From IMG/VR virus record IMGVR_UViG_3300042554_001750: a DNA stretch of 64,000 nucleotides; one strand, given 5' to 3'. Positions 45,901-55,100 of this stretch are shown here, one piece after another. This stretch comes from a virus (Duplodnaviria > Caudoviricetes). Both the position numbers and the translations under genes were made by a program. The first letter of the stretch is position 1; every line of letters starts with the position of its first letter. The notes under the pieces were generated by a model that saw only the letters and a program-made list of their open reading frames with translations, was not told the DNA's origin and did not search any database.

Positions 45901-48746
45901 CGAATATTGGTGGAAACTTAAATGTCAGCAATGGTAGTGCATCAATTAGTGGAAATCTATCAGCGGGAAATGCTAATTTAGGCAATTATGTTTATGCGAA
46001 TTTCTTTGAGGGTGACGGTAGTTTACTTACAAATCTAACTATCTCGGCAGGAAATGCGTTATTAAATGGTGACAGTAATGTTTATGTAGAATACAGCGGT
46101 AACATTAATTTCCGCAGTAATGGTGTTGCAAATATATTTGTTGTAAGTAATACTGGTGCACACAGTAATGGTAATTTAACTGTAGCAAACATTGTTAATG
46201 CTCAAAGCTATGCTAATGGTACAAGCAATTTAATTATACGCAATAATAGTGATGTAACTATTAGCGCCGGCGGCACTGCAAACGTATTAAAAGTTACAAA
46301 TTTAGCAGTTAATGTTAGTAGCAACTTAAATGCTTTAGCCAATCTAAGTGTAACAGGTAATGCAAACGTTGGCAACTTGGGTGTTGGCGGATTAATACAA
46401 GCTGGTGGTAATATCAGTGGTGGAAATCTTAGTACTGGTGGAAATTTGAGTGTTGCTGGTACTGCAAACATTCAAACAATAAGCAGTCCCGGTGAAATAA
46501 GTGCAACGGGAAATATTACATCTAGTGCTAGATTATCTGGTCTTACATTAAGTGTTACTGGAAATTCTAATTTAGCAAATGTTAACATTTCAGGTATTAG
46601 TAATCTAGGACCCAATGGCAATGTTATTATTACCGGCGGCTCTGCTGGTCAATCGCTTGTTACTGATGGCGCTGGTAATTTAAGTTGGGGTAATGCAGCC
46701 GCCGCCGGTGCATTAGCTAATGGTAATAGTAATGTAAATATACCAGTTGCTAATGGAAATGTTACTGTATCGGTATCTGGCAATAGCAATGTATTGATAG
46801 TATCTGGTACAGGAATCACAACGGGCAATTTAAATGTTAATAACGATGCAGTATTTGGTGGGAACTTAACAGTAGATGGCAATTTAATTTATGTAAACGT
46901 TACAGACTTAAGTGTTGAAGATCCCATAATACAATTACAAACTGGACCAAATGGTGCTCCCCCAACAAGTAATAGTGGTAAGGATGTAGGAACTGCATTA
47001 AATTACTACGACACCTCAGCTAAAATTGCTTGGATGGGCTGGGATACAAGTAATGCAGAAATCGCATTCGGAGCCAATGTTGGTATCAGCAGCGAAGTCG
47101 TTACATTTACTCAACTAGCAAATATTCGTTCAGGTAATGCACAGCTTGGTAATCTAGCAACAGCGAACTTTATAACCGGTACATTAACAACCGCAAGTCA
47201 ACCTAACATTACCTCAGTGGGAACTTTAAGTAGTTTAGCAACTACTGGAAACGTTAGTATTGGTGGTAACTTAAGTGTTACTGCTAAGAGCAACTTGGGA
47301 TCAGTAAGTAATGTTATTATTACTGGTGGTGTTGCTAATTATGTGTTAAGCACCGACGGAGCTGGAAATTTAAGTTGGGTAGAACAAACCGGCGGCAACA
47401 ACAGTTTACAGGCATATAGTGATAATTTTACTGGAAACGGTGTTCAAAATACTTTCACTTTAAGTACAACACCGGCTAATATTAATTTAGTAACTGTTAA
47501 CTATAACGGTGAGATACTAATAAGAGATAGTTATTCGTTAAGTGGCGCAAACATTATTTTTACTGAGCCACCTGCAAATGCTGCCCAAATTGAAATTACC
47601 ACACTAACCGGTAGTGGCGGAGGTGGTGGAGGCAGTAGCACAAGTATTAGTAATGGCAATAGTAATGTAAACATTGCCACAGCTAACGGCAATATTACGA
47701 TGAGTGCTGCAGGTAATGCTAATATCTTAGTCGTTACTGGCACAGGTGTTAATGTTGCAGGAACAGGAAACTTCACTGGTAGTTTAACAGCCGCAAATGC
47801 TACTTTAGGTAATTTAGTAACTGCTAATTTTGTTTCTGGTACGTTAACAACAGCCGCACAACCTAACATTACAAGTTTGGGGACCTTAAGCGCACTCACA
47901 GCAACGGGTAATATCAGCGCAGGCAATTTTATAGGCAACTTAGCCAATGGCAATTCAGACATAGCTATTCCGGCAGCAAACGGAAACATCAATTTTGATG
48001 TTGCAGGAAATAGTAATGTAGTAGTAGTTACAGGTAATGGTTTGGTTGTTAATAGAATTAGTAATTTAGGACCTGTTGGTAATGTTATTATCACCGGAGG
48101 CACTAACGGACAAGTATTAACAACAAATGGCAGTGGAGGTTTAAGCTGGACTACCGTCAGCGGTGGAGGCGGAGGATCTAGTATTAGTAATGGCAATAGT
48201 AATGTAAATATTCCAGCAGCTAATGGTAATGTTAATATTAGTAGTGCCGGAAATGCTAATATACTTGTAATAACGGGCACCGGTGCAAATATTGCAGGTA
48301 CATTAGGTATTTCAGGAAATGCCAACGTTGGTAATTTAGGTGCCACTGAAGGTGTATTTACTGGAAATCTATCTGTTACCGGTGGAATTAACGATACTGG
48401 TGCTAATTTTTATACGATTGGCTATCGTGAAGTACCGCAAGTTGCTAAATCATCAAATTACACATTAGAAAATTACGACAACGGTAAACATGTTTATTAT
48501 ACTGGGTCTGGTAGCACGTTGACCATACCTGCAGATGGTTCAACCACTGGAGGAAACTTCCCCATTGGTACTATACTAACTGTGGTTAATAATAGTTCAG
48601 GCAATATCAATATAAACACCAGCGTAACACTAAATCAGGCAGGTACTGCAAATACAGGAAACAGAATTCTCGCAACTAAAGGCTTAGCCTCAATTATGAA
48701 AGTTGATAGTAATACCTGGTTCATCAGCGGTGTAGGGATATCATAA
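42921..48746 (+). CDS. Long fibre-like structural protein (1941 aa)
   Basis: About 12 NGNSNV-type modules, four ANFF.GDG.LLTNLTI repeats, C-terminal globular domain ending TWFISGVGIS; TAATG overlap. Confidence 0.75.
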   Translation: MSLKSLNSIGGFSVGNNQSVVLANGDIDTGNIVLSGNLAAGNANLGNAAVANYFLGDGGLLSNLPSGNSLSNGNSSVGVIANGNITMTVAGNSNVMVISGTGVNVSGTGNFSGNVNAGNFIGIFANGNSNVRIPSANGNINLSAGGNANVLIINSNNVVANRHFKSVDTILEIGGFANNAPYTSDDGKDRGITLNYYDTFSAQAFMGWKNSNSEFVFASEVTTANEQVSIFQLGNIRASYFLGNVLGNIEGNIIAPGSNTEVLFNDNDQVAASNGFTFNKTTNALTVTGAFESASVNTLGNIGGGNFYTPGNIVVLGLANVGELFTSGNVNAVGNVSGVNFQAGGNISATGNISGGNLSTSGRANVTGTVSAGNVSTAGNLSVVGNVTITGNSSFQNAAIFSQRITVGDPNGQPKIELFSNGYGLFGNVALSTFGDPNGATISGRLATFTTANITNINVTGTANITGNISANSIFANGVLEANGNLRAANANLGNLVTANFFQGDGYLLTNLTIPAGSAIENGNSNVRVEPNSNVVFNITSVNNVMVLSSTKLTVNANVEVSNTVIANYVTANIAVNTPIVQNGNSIININDSTGFINFGVNNSSNIVYISNVGASVNGNLSVSSRANITGNLNVSGNSNIAGNVNVSGTTNVQALNSTTINASGNLTSLNANLGNLAKANFFQGDGYLLTNLTIAAGSAIVNGNSNVSVAPNANVTVGVAGIDNVTVFTNNSVIVNQFLNVNANANIANWVNANALYVTGTANFASGLTATSNSTITSRYVSIGTGALPGYLDVTGNVNIDNRLTVSGTANFFGAFQVNGTINSNANVQADDYLLANYFSIDKGGSVPNLTVSNVANIETLNVNGAINGNSTATFDGNLIAANANLGNLVTANFFQGDGYLLTNLTITAGSSIVNGNSNVVVIANGNVTTSVGGTANVLVVTTTGANIAGTLNATGNATIGGNLSAVRANFTGNVNTTGNLSANGSANIGGAANIGGNLNVSNGSASISGNLSAGNANLGNYVYANFFEGDGSLLTNLTISAGNALLNGDSNVYVEYSGNINFRSNGVANIFVVSNTGAHSNGNLTVANIVNAQSYANGTSNLIIRNNSDVTISAGGTANVLKVTNLAVNVSSNLNALANLSVTGNANVGNLGVGGLIQAGGNISGGNLSTGGNLSVAGTANIQTISSPGEISATGNITSSARLSGLTLSVTGNSNLANVNISGISNLGPNGNVIITGGSAGQSLVTDGAGNLSWGNAAAAGALANGNSNVNIPVANGNVTVSVSGNSNVLIVSGTGITTGNLNVNNDAVFGGNLTVDGNLIYVNVTDLSVEDPIIQLQTGPNGAPPTSNSGKDVGTALNYYDTSAKIAWMGWDTSNAEIAFGANVGISSEVVTFTQLANIRSGNAQLGNLATANFITGTLTTASQPNITSVGTLSSLATTGNVSIGGNLSVTAKSNLGSVSNVIITGGVANYVLSTDGAGNLSWVEQTGGNNSLQAYSDNFTGNGVQNTFTLSTTPANINLVTVNYNGEILIRDSYSLSGANIIFTEPPANAAQIEITTLTGSGGGGGGSSTSISNGNSNVNIATANGNITMSAAGNANILVVTGTGVNVAGTGNFTGSLTAANATLGNLVTANFVSGTLTTAAQPNITSLGTLSALTATGNISAGNFIGNLANGNSDIAIPAANGNINFDVAGNSNVVVVTGNGLVVNRISNLGPVGNVIITGGTNGQVLTTNGSGGLSWTTVSGGGGGSSISNGNSNVNIPAANGNVNISSAGNANILVITGTGANIAGTLGISGNANVGNLGATEGVFTGNLSVTGGINDTGANFYTIGYREVPQVAKSSNYTLENYDNGKHVYYTGSGSTLTIPADGSTTGGNFPIGTILTVVNNSSGNININTSVTLNQAGTANTGNRILATKGLASIMKVDSNTWFISGVGIS

Positions 48747-48748
48747 CA

Positions 48749-49666
48749 ATGGCTGGAGCATTGGCTTTGTTACAGGGCATTCTTGCAGGCTCCGCATCAA
48801 CTCCCGGTCCCACGCCCACACCCACTCCCAGTTCAGTAGATTATTTGATTGTTGCAGGTGGTGGAGGCGGCGGTCGCCCTGGTTCAGGCGCCCGTGCTGG
48901 AGGCGGGGGAGCCGGTGGAACAATATACGGATCAGCTGGTGTTACTGCTGGAATATCATATTCTGTCGTAGTAGGTGGTGGCGGGGCAGGTTCAAATTCT
49001 ACCTCGGTCCGAGGAGATCAAGGTTCGTCAAGTCAAATTGATTTTGCTACATCTACTACAGGCGGTGGCGGCGGTGGCAGCGGAACTGCTGGATCAATTA
49101 GAGTCGGCGCACCAGGTGGTTCAGGCGGCGGCGGTCGTGGGGGCAATACAGCTATTAATCCGGGTGGTGCTGGAGTAGCTGGTCAGGGTAACAATGGTGG
49201 AACAGGCAATGGCTCAAACACAAGTTCTGCTTTCGGTGGTGGCGGTGGCGGAGGAGCTGGCGCTCCCGGTCAGAATTCTCCGGGCCCGTCATCATCAACT
49301 CTTAATACTGTGGGCGGCAATGGCGGCGCCGGCATTGAATGGCCAGCATCATCAGGGCAATATTACGGTGGAGGTGGTGGCGGCGCCGGCGGCGCCGGCT
49401 TAGCCGGTGGTGGCGGCATAGGTGGAGGTGGTGCCGGCGGCGCCGGCAACGCTTCGGGTGTTTCTGGAAGTATCAACACCGGCGGCGGTGGTGGCGGTGC
49501 CGGAGGTACTGGTACTCCAGGAGGATCAGGCGGATCAGGTATTGTAATTGTAAGATATCCAGATACTTTTGCAGATGCGGTTTCAACTACAGGTTCACCT
49601 GAGTATACAGTATCAGGTGGTTTTAAACAATATAAATTCACGGGATCAGGTAGTATCACTTGGTAA
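48749..49666 (+). CDS. Glycine-rich adhesin-like protein 1 (305 aa)
   Basis: VDYLIVAGGGGGG...GGSGIVIVRYPD...FTGSGSITW; polyglycine repeats. Confidence 0.75.
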   Translation: MAGALALLQGILAGSASTPGPTPTPTPSSVDYLIVAGGGGGGRPGSGARAGGGGAGGTIYGSAGVTAGISYSVVVGGGGAGSNSTSVRGDQGSSSQIDFATSTTGGGGGGSGTAGSIRVGAPGGSGGGGRGGNTAINPGGAGVAGQGNNGGTGNGSNTSSAFGGGGGGGAGAPGQNSPGPSSSTLNTVGGNGGAGIEWPASSGQYYGGGGGGAGGAGLAGGGGIGGGGAGGAGNASGVSGSINTGGGGGGAGGTGTPGGSGGSGIVIVRYPDTFADAVSTTGSPEYTVSGGFKQYKFTGSGSITW

Positions 49667-49697
49667 CGACTGAATAAATACTGAATATGGAATAAAA

Positions 49698-52178
49698 ATG
49701 GCACTAACCAGACTTCAACCATTCAACCTGAGTAATACAGCCAGCTACGAGTTCGGAAATTTGAACTTGTCTGGCAATATTGTGTCGTTGAATGCCAATT
49801 TAGGTAATAGTGCCACGGCTAATTTCTTTATAGGATCTGGTAATAATCTTTCAAACATACAAGGTGCCAATGTTAGTGGTGCAGTAGCTACAGCCAACGT
49901 TGCTAGTACAGTATCAGGTAATACTCAAAGTAACATAACCAGCTTAGGTACACTTACTGGCCTCACAGTTTCGGGAATCACAAATTTAGGAACAGTAGCC
50001 AATGTTATTATTACCGGTGGTAGTAATGGGCAGATATTAACTACAAATGGTTCAGGCAATTTAAGTTGGATCACTATACCCGCCGGCTCTAATATTAGTA
50101 ATGGTAATAGTAATGTTAGTATTCCAGTCGCCAATGGAAATATTATTTTAAGTGCTGAAGGCAATGCCAACATTGTTGTAGTCACTGGTACCGGCGCAGT
50201 GCTTAATGGAAATCTAACGACCGGCAACGGAACTGGTGGTAATATTAGTGGCGCCAACGTTATTACTGCAAATACCGCAAATATAAGTGCAGCTTTAAAT
50301 GTAACAGGTACAAGTAATTTAGGTCCAGTGGGTAATGTTACAATCACCGGCGGTAGTTCAGGTCAATACTTACAAACAAATGGTAGTGGCGTATTAAGTT
50401 GGTCTACAATTAGCACTGGCTCTATTAGCAATGGAAACAGTAATGTTAATATTCCTGCTGCGAATGGAAACATCAACTTAAGCGCAGCAGGAAATAGCAA
50501 TGTATTAGTTGTAACTGGCACTGGTATAAATGTTGCAGGGACATTAAATGCAACAGGTAACGCTAACGTTGGTAACTTAGGTGCTACTGGAGTTGTCGCC
50601 ACCACACTCGGTGGTTCATTAACTACTGCAAGTCAGCCAAATATTACTAGTGTTGGTACGTTAAGTAGTTTAACTGTAACAGGTAATATATCAGCGGGTA
50701 ATGCTAACTTAGGTAATGCTGTTACAGCTAATTTCTTTATTGGTAACGGTAGTTTACTAACAGGCATGCCGTCAGGCAATAGCATAGCGAACGGCAATAG
50801 TAATGTTAACATTCCTGCAGCAAATGGCAATGTTAACATTAGTGTTGCTGGAAATAGCAATGTATTAATCGTAACAGGTACTGGCGTTAATGTAACTGGT
50901 ACATTAAACTCTACAGGAAACATAACAGGTGCTAATGCTAGTTTAGGCAATATAGTAACTGCCAATTTTGTTCAAGGTACATTAACCACTGCTGCACAAC
51001 CCAATATAACAAGCTTGGGTACATTAGGTAGCTTAACAACAACTGGTAATGTAAGTGTTGGTGGTAACTTAAGTGTTACTGCTAAGAGTAATTTAGGCCC
51101 TGCAGGTAATGTTATTATTACTGGTGGTATTGCTAATTATGTTCTTAGTACAGATGGAGCTGGAAACTTAAGTTGGGTAGCACAAACCGGCGGCGGAGGT
51201 AATGGCACACCAGGTGGCAGCAATACTCAAGTTCAGTTTAACGATGCTGGTGCTTTCGCCGGTAATGCAGGATTAACATTTGATAAAACAACGACAACAT
51301 TTACTGCCAATAATTTTGTAGCCACTAGTACCGCTAATCTTGGTGCTGTTGGTAATGTAATCATTACCGGTGGAACAAACGGGCAAGTATTATCTACAAA
51401 CGGTAGCGGTAGCTTAAGTTGGAATAATGTTGGCACAACTATTACGGTTGATGACTTTACAGGTAATGGTAGCCAAACTGCGTACACATTAACTACAATA
51501 CCGGCAAGTGTTGATTATACTTTAGTAAGTATTGCTGGTACATTTCAGCCAAGAAATGCATATAGTCTAGTAGGAAATGTGCTTACATTTACCAGTGCGC
51601 CACCAAATACTGCATTAATTGAAGTTACAACATTTACAGCCGCAGTAACAGCTGGTGCCAATACTGGTAATTTCTTAAACCGTAGTTACACCGCAAACGG
51701 TGTACAAGATACATTTACTGTAACAAATGGGGTAACTGCTAATAGTGTAATCGTAACTGAAAACGGTATTGTGCAAGAGCCCGGCACAGATTATACAGTT
51801 AGTGGATCTAATCTAACGTTTACAACAGCCCCTGCAAACACAACAGCAATATCAATAAGAGAAATACCAGCTCCCGGTGGCGGTGGCTCTGTTTATGCAA
51901 GTGCAAGTGCAAACTTAAATGCCAGTGCCAATACTAAGTATGTATTGAATACTAATTCTGCAAATATTGTTGTAACATTGCCCGGCGGCCCAAGTTTTGG
52001 CATGGAAGTTGGTGTCATAGATGGAACTGGAAATGCAAACACAAATGCAATTACCGTTTATGGAAACGGTGCAAATATTCAAGGAAGCAATAGTAACATG
52101 ACAGTAAATACTAGCCGGGCAGCATTTACATTAGTTTATTATGATGCAACTAATGGTTGGTTGCTAACAAATGTATAA
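49698..52178 (+). CDS. Fibre-like structural protein (826 aa)
   Basis: Three NGNSNV modules, two FTG/YTANG beta-sandwich-like modules, C-terminal VTLP..P..G.EV..ID...LVY....GW domain; ATAAATA 49674-80. Confidence 0.75.
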   Translation: MALTRLQPFNLSNTASYEFGNLNLSGNIVSLNANLGNSATANFFIGSGNNLSNIQGANVSGAVATANVASTVSGNTQSNITSLGTLTGLTVSGITNLGTVANVIITGGSNGQILTTNGSGNLSWITIPAGSNISNGNSNVSIPVANGNIILSAEGNANIVVVTGTGAVLNGNLTTGNGTGGNISGANVITANTANISAALNVTGTSNLGPVGNVTITGGSSGQYLQTNGSGVLSWSTISTGSISNGNSNVNIPAANGNINLSAAGNSNVLVVTGTGINVAGTLNATGNANVGNLGATGVVATTLGGSLTTASQPNITSVGTLSSLTVTGNISAGNANLGNAVTANFFIGNGSLLTGMPSGNSIANGNSNVNIPAANGNVNISVAGNSNVLIVTGTGVNVTGTLNSTGNITGANASLGNIVTANFVQGTLTTAAQPNITSLGTLGSLTTTGNVSVGGNLSVTAKSNLGPAGNVIITGGIANYVLSTDGAGNLSWVAQTGGGGNGTPGGSNTQVQFNDAGAFAGNAGLTFDKTTTTFTANNFVATSTANLGAVGNVIITGGTNGQVLSTNGSGSLSWNNVGTTITVDDFTGNGSQTAYTLTTIPASVDYTLVSIAGTFQPRNAYSLVGNVLTFTSAPPNTALIEVTTFTAAVTAGANTGNFLNRSYTANGVQDTFTVTNGVTANSVIVTENGIVQEPGTDYTVSGSNLTFTTAPANTTAISIREIPAPGGGGSVYASASANLNASANTKYVLNTNSANIVVTLPGGPSFGMEVGVIDGTGNANTNAITVYGNGANIQGSNSNMTVNTSRAAFTLVYYDATNGWLLTNV

Positions 52179-52186
52179 GGGTAAAA

Positions 52187-55100
52187 ATGAGTAATTATTT
52201 TGAACTACAAAACGCACCTGTTCTGACAACTCCCAGTGCCTTGACTGCCCCCAAGATAACCAGTATAGGTTATCCTGGCGATGATACCGCCGCAGATCCT
52301 GCTGGTGGTCAGACTATCACATTGACTGGAGAGGGATTTGAAGCTGGGGCCAGTGTTATCATTAATACCGCTGCAGTGGGTGTTGTAAGCGTAGTAAGTA
52401 ATACCACAATAACTTTCACAAGTCCAGCGTTGAGTACTGGTAGCTATCCTGTTTATGTTGTAAACACAGATGGAGGCACTGCTATTGCTGTTCCGGGTAT
52501 TCAGTACAGCGGCACGCCCACTTGGACTACGGCTGCAGGAAGCTTAGGTAGCTATACTGAAACACAATCTATTAGCAACACCGTTACTGCCACTGGTGAT
52601 GCCCCTATAAGCTATAGCTTGTTTAGTGGAACTTTACCAACTGGTGCTACATTGAATAGTGCCAATGGTTTAATCAGCGGTACCAGCCCACTGAGTGCTA
52701 GCCCGACAACATATACATTTACTATTCGTGCTACAGACGCACAACAACAAGATACCAACCGTCAGTTTAGTTTGACAATAAACCCTGATGTAGTAACCTG
52801 GAGCAGTCCTGCTAATGGTACAACATATACTAGCACAGCAAATAGTGCTATTAGCAATGTTGCGTTGAGTGCCACAGCAGCCAGCGGGCAGTCTGTGAGT
52901 TATACTGCCAATGCATTACCAACTGGATTGAGCCTTAGTGGCAGCAATATTACGGGAACTCCCACAGTGGTAGCTAACAGTAGTACATTGTTAACTGCAA
53001 CTGCTGCCACAACAAATGCCACCGCAACTAGAACTATTAACTGGGTGATTAGTGTAGCTAGTGATCCTGACTTTGAGTATGTGACAACATTATTGAGTGC
53101 AAGTAATCCAACCAGTACATTTGTCACAGATGCTAGTACCAACAATTTTGCGGTGACTGTGTTTGGTGATACTAGACCCAATAACTTCGGACCATACACT
53201 CCCGGTTACTATTCAAACTTTTTTGATGGTACTGGGGATTATCTGTTATTACCCACAACCTCAGCACTAGCGTTTCCGGGAGATTTTACTGTAGAGGCCT
53301 GGGTTTATTTAAATTCGGTCACAGGGCCACAGGGTGTTTACACCAGTATCGATAATGCTAGTGATAATTGGGAAGGAATTTCCTTGACATTTAATGGTAC
53401 ATCATTTTTAGCAACATCATATATTCCTACGGTCGATACTATAACTCATCAAAACACAGTAACCATTGGGCAGTGGTATCATATAGCAATAGTTAGAAAC
53501 GGAAGTAGTACTAAAAGCTACTTAAATGGTGTACAGTCAAATACTACAACACTGGGTACATACAGTCTAACTCAATCGGGCGGCACTATAGGAGCACAGT
53601 ATCCGGGCAGCGGCCCGTTGAATGGCTATATTAGCAATTTGCGAGTCCTTAAAGGTACGGCCTTATATACCTCAACCTTCACTCCTCCTACTACTCCGCT
53701 TACGGCAATTGCTAACACGCAGTTACTAACCTGCCAAAGTAATCGTTTTATAGATAACTCAACTAACAACTTCACCATTACACGCTTTGGTGACACCTCA
53801 ATATCAGGCTTTGATCCATTCGCACCACTCAGTGCATACAGTGGTTACGGTTCGGGGTATTTTGATGGTAGTGGGGATTATTTAACCGGGAGTGCGGATA
53901 TTTCTCCGAGAGGCACTGAAGATTTTACAATAGAGTTTTGGTACTATCCTACATCTTTGGGTTCAGCAGAACGTTATTTTCTGGTAGGCAGCGGAAACAA
54001 TGGCTTTATATTTGGTATAACAAATTTTGGTAATGATATTGCTATTATACGGGATCTTACGGGTGCAATAGTGGCTAATTTTGGTTCTCGTACTCAATTG
54101 ACATTGAACGCCTGGAACTATGTTGTTGTGACTCGCAGTAGTAATGTTTTTAGATGTTACATAAATGGTAGTCCTACAACAACCCCTTCAGTTACAGATT
54201 CATACTCTTTTGCAACCCCTTCAACTACAACCCTTTTAGCCGGTTCTTTTATGGGCTATTGTACAGACATGCGAGTTACAAGAGGACTTGCAAGATATAC
54301 TGGGGCATCAATGAGTGTACCTACTGTACCTTTATCCTCAGACGTATCTACAACTTTATTAACACTACAAAACAATCAACCCAACAACAATAACATGTTC
54401 TTGGATAGTAGTGCCAGTAACTTTTTAATCACTAGAAATGGCAACACCACACAGGGATCATTTAGTCCCTATGGTGGTGGCTGGAGTAACTATTTTGATG
54501 GTAGCGGTGATTACTTGACTGTAGCTGACACTGCAAATATTCAACCAGGTTCAGGTAATTGTACCTGGGAAGCATGGATTTATCCATTGAGTTTGCCTAG
54601 TGCGGGCAACTTTAAAACTTTATGGGCACAAAGAGCGACTGATGCTGGCATTGGTGGTGCTGCTATAGTTTTTAATAGCTCAGGGAACTATGTATATTTT
54701 ATCGCCAATTCAGCAGCCAATGCTTGGCAAGTAAGTGGCGTCAGCACAGGATTCAATGTACTCTTAAATCAATGGCAACATGTAGCATTAGTAAGATCAG
54801 GAAATACCATGACAATGTATCTTAATGGTGTCGCAGGAACCACAGCTAGTGTGGCAACCGGTGCTATTGGAACAAGTGGAAATCTTTCATTAATGGCTGG
54901 TGCGGCCAATGGTATCCAGACTGTTGATGGTTACATGAGCAACTTTAGGTTTGTTAAGGGTACAGCAGTTTATACTGCTAATTTTACACCCCCTACTGCA
55001 CCACTGACTCCTATTGCCAACACCAATTTGTTAACATGCGCGGACAACAGATTCATAGATGACAGTTCCAATAACTTTACCATCACTAGAAATGGTGATG

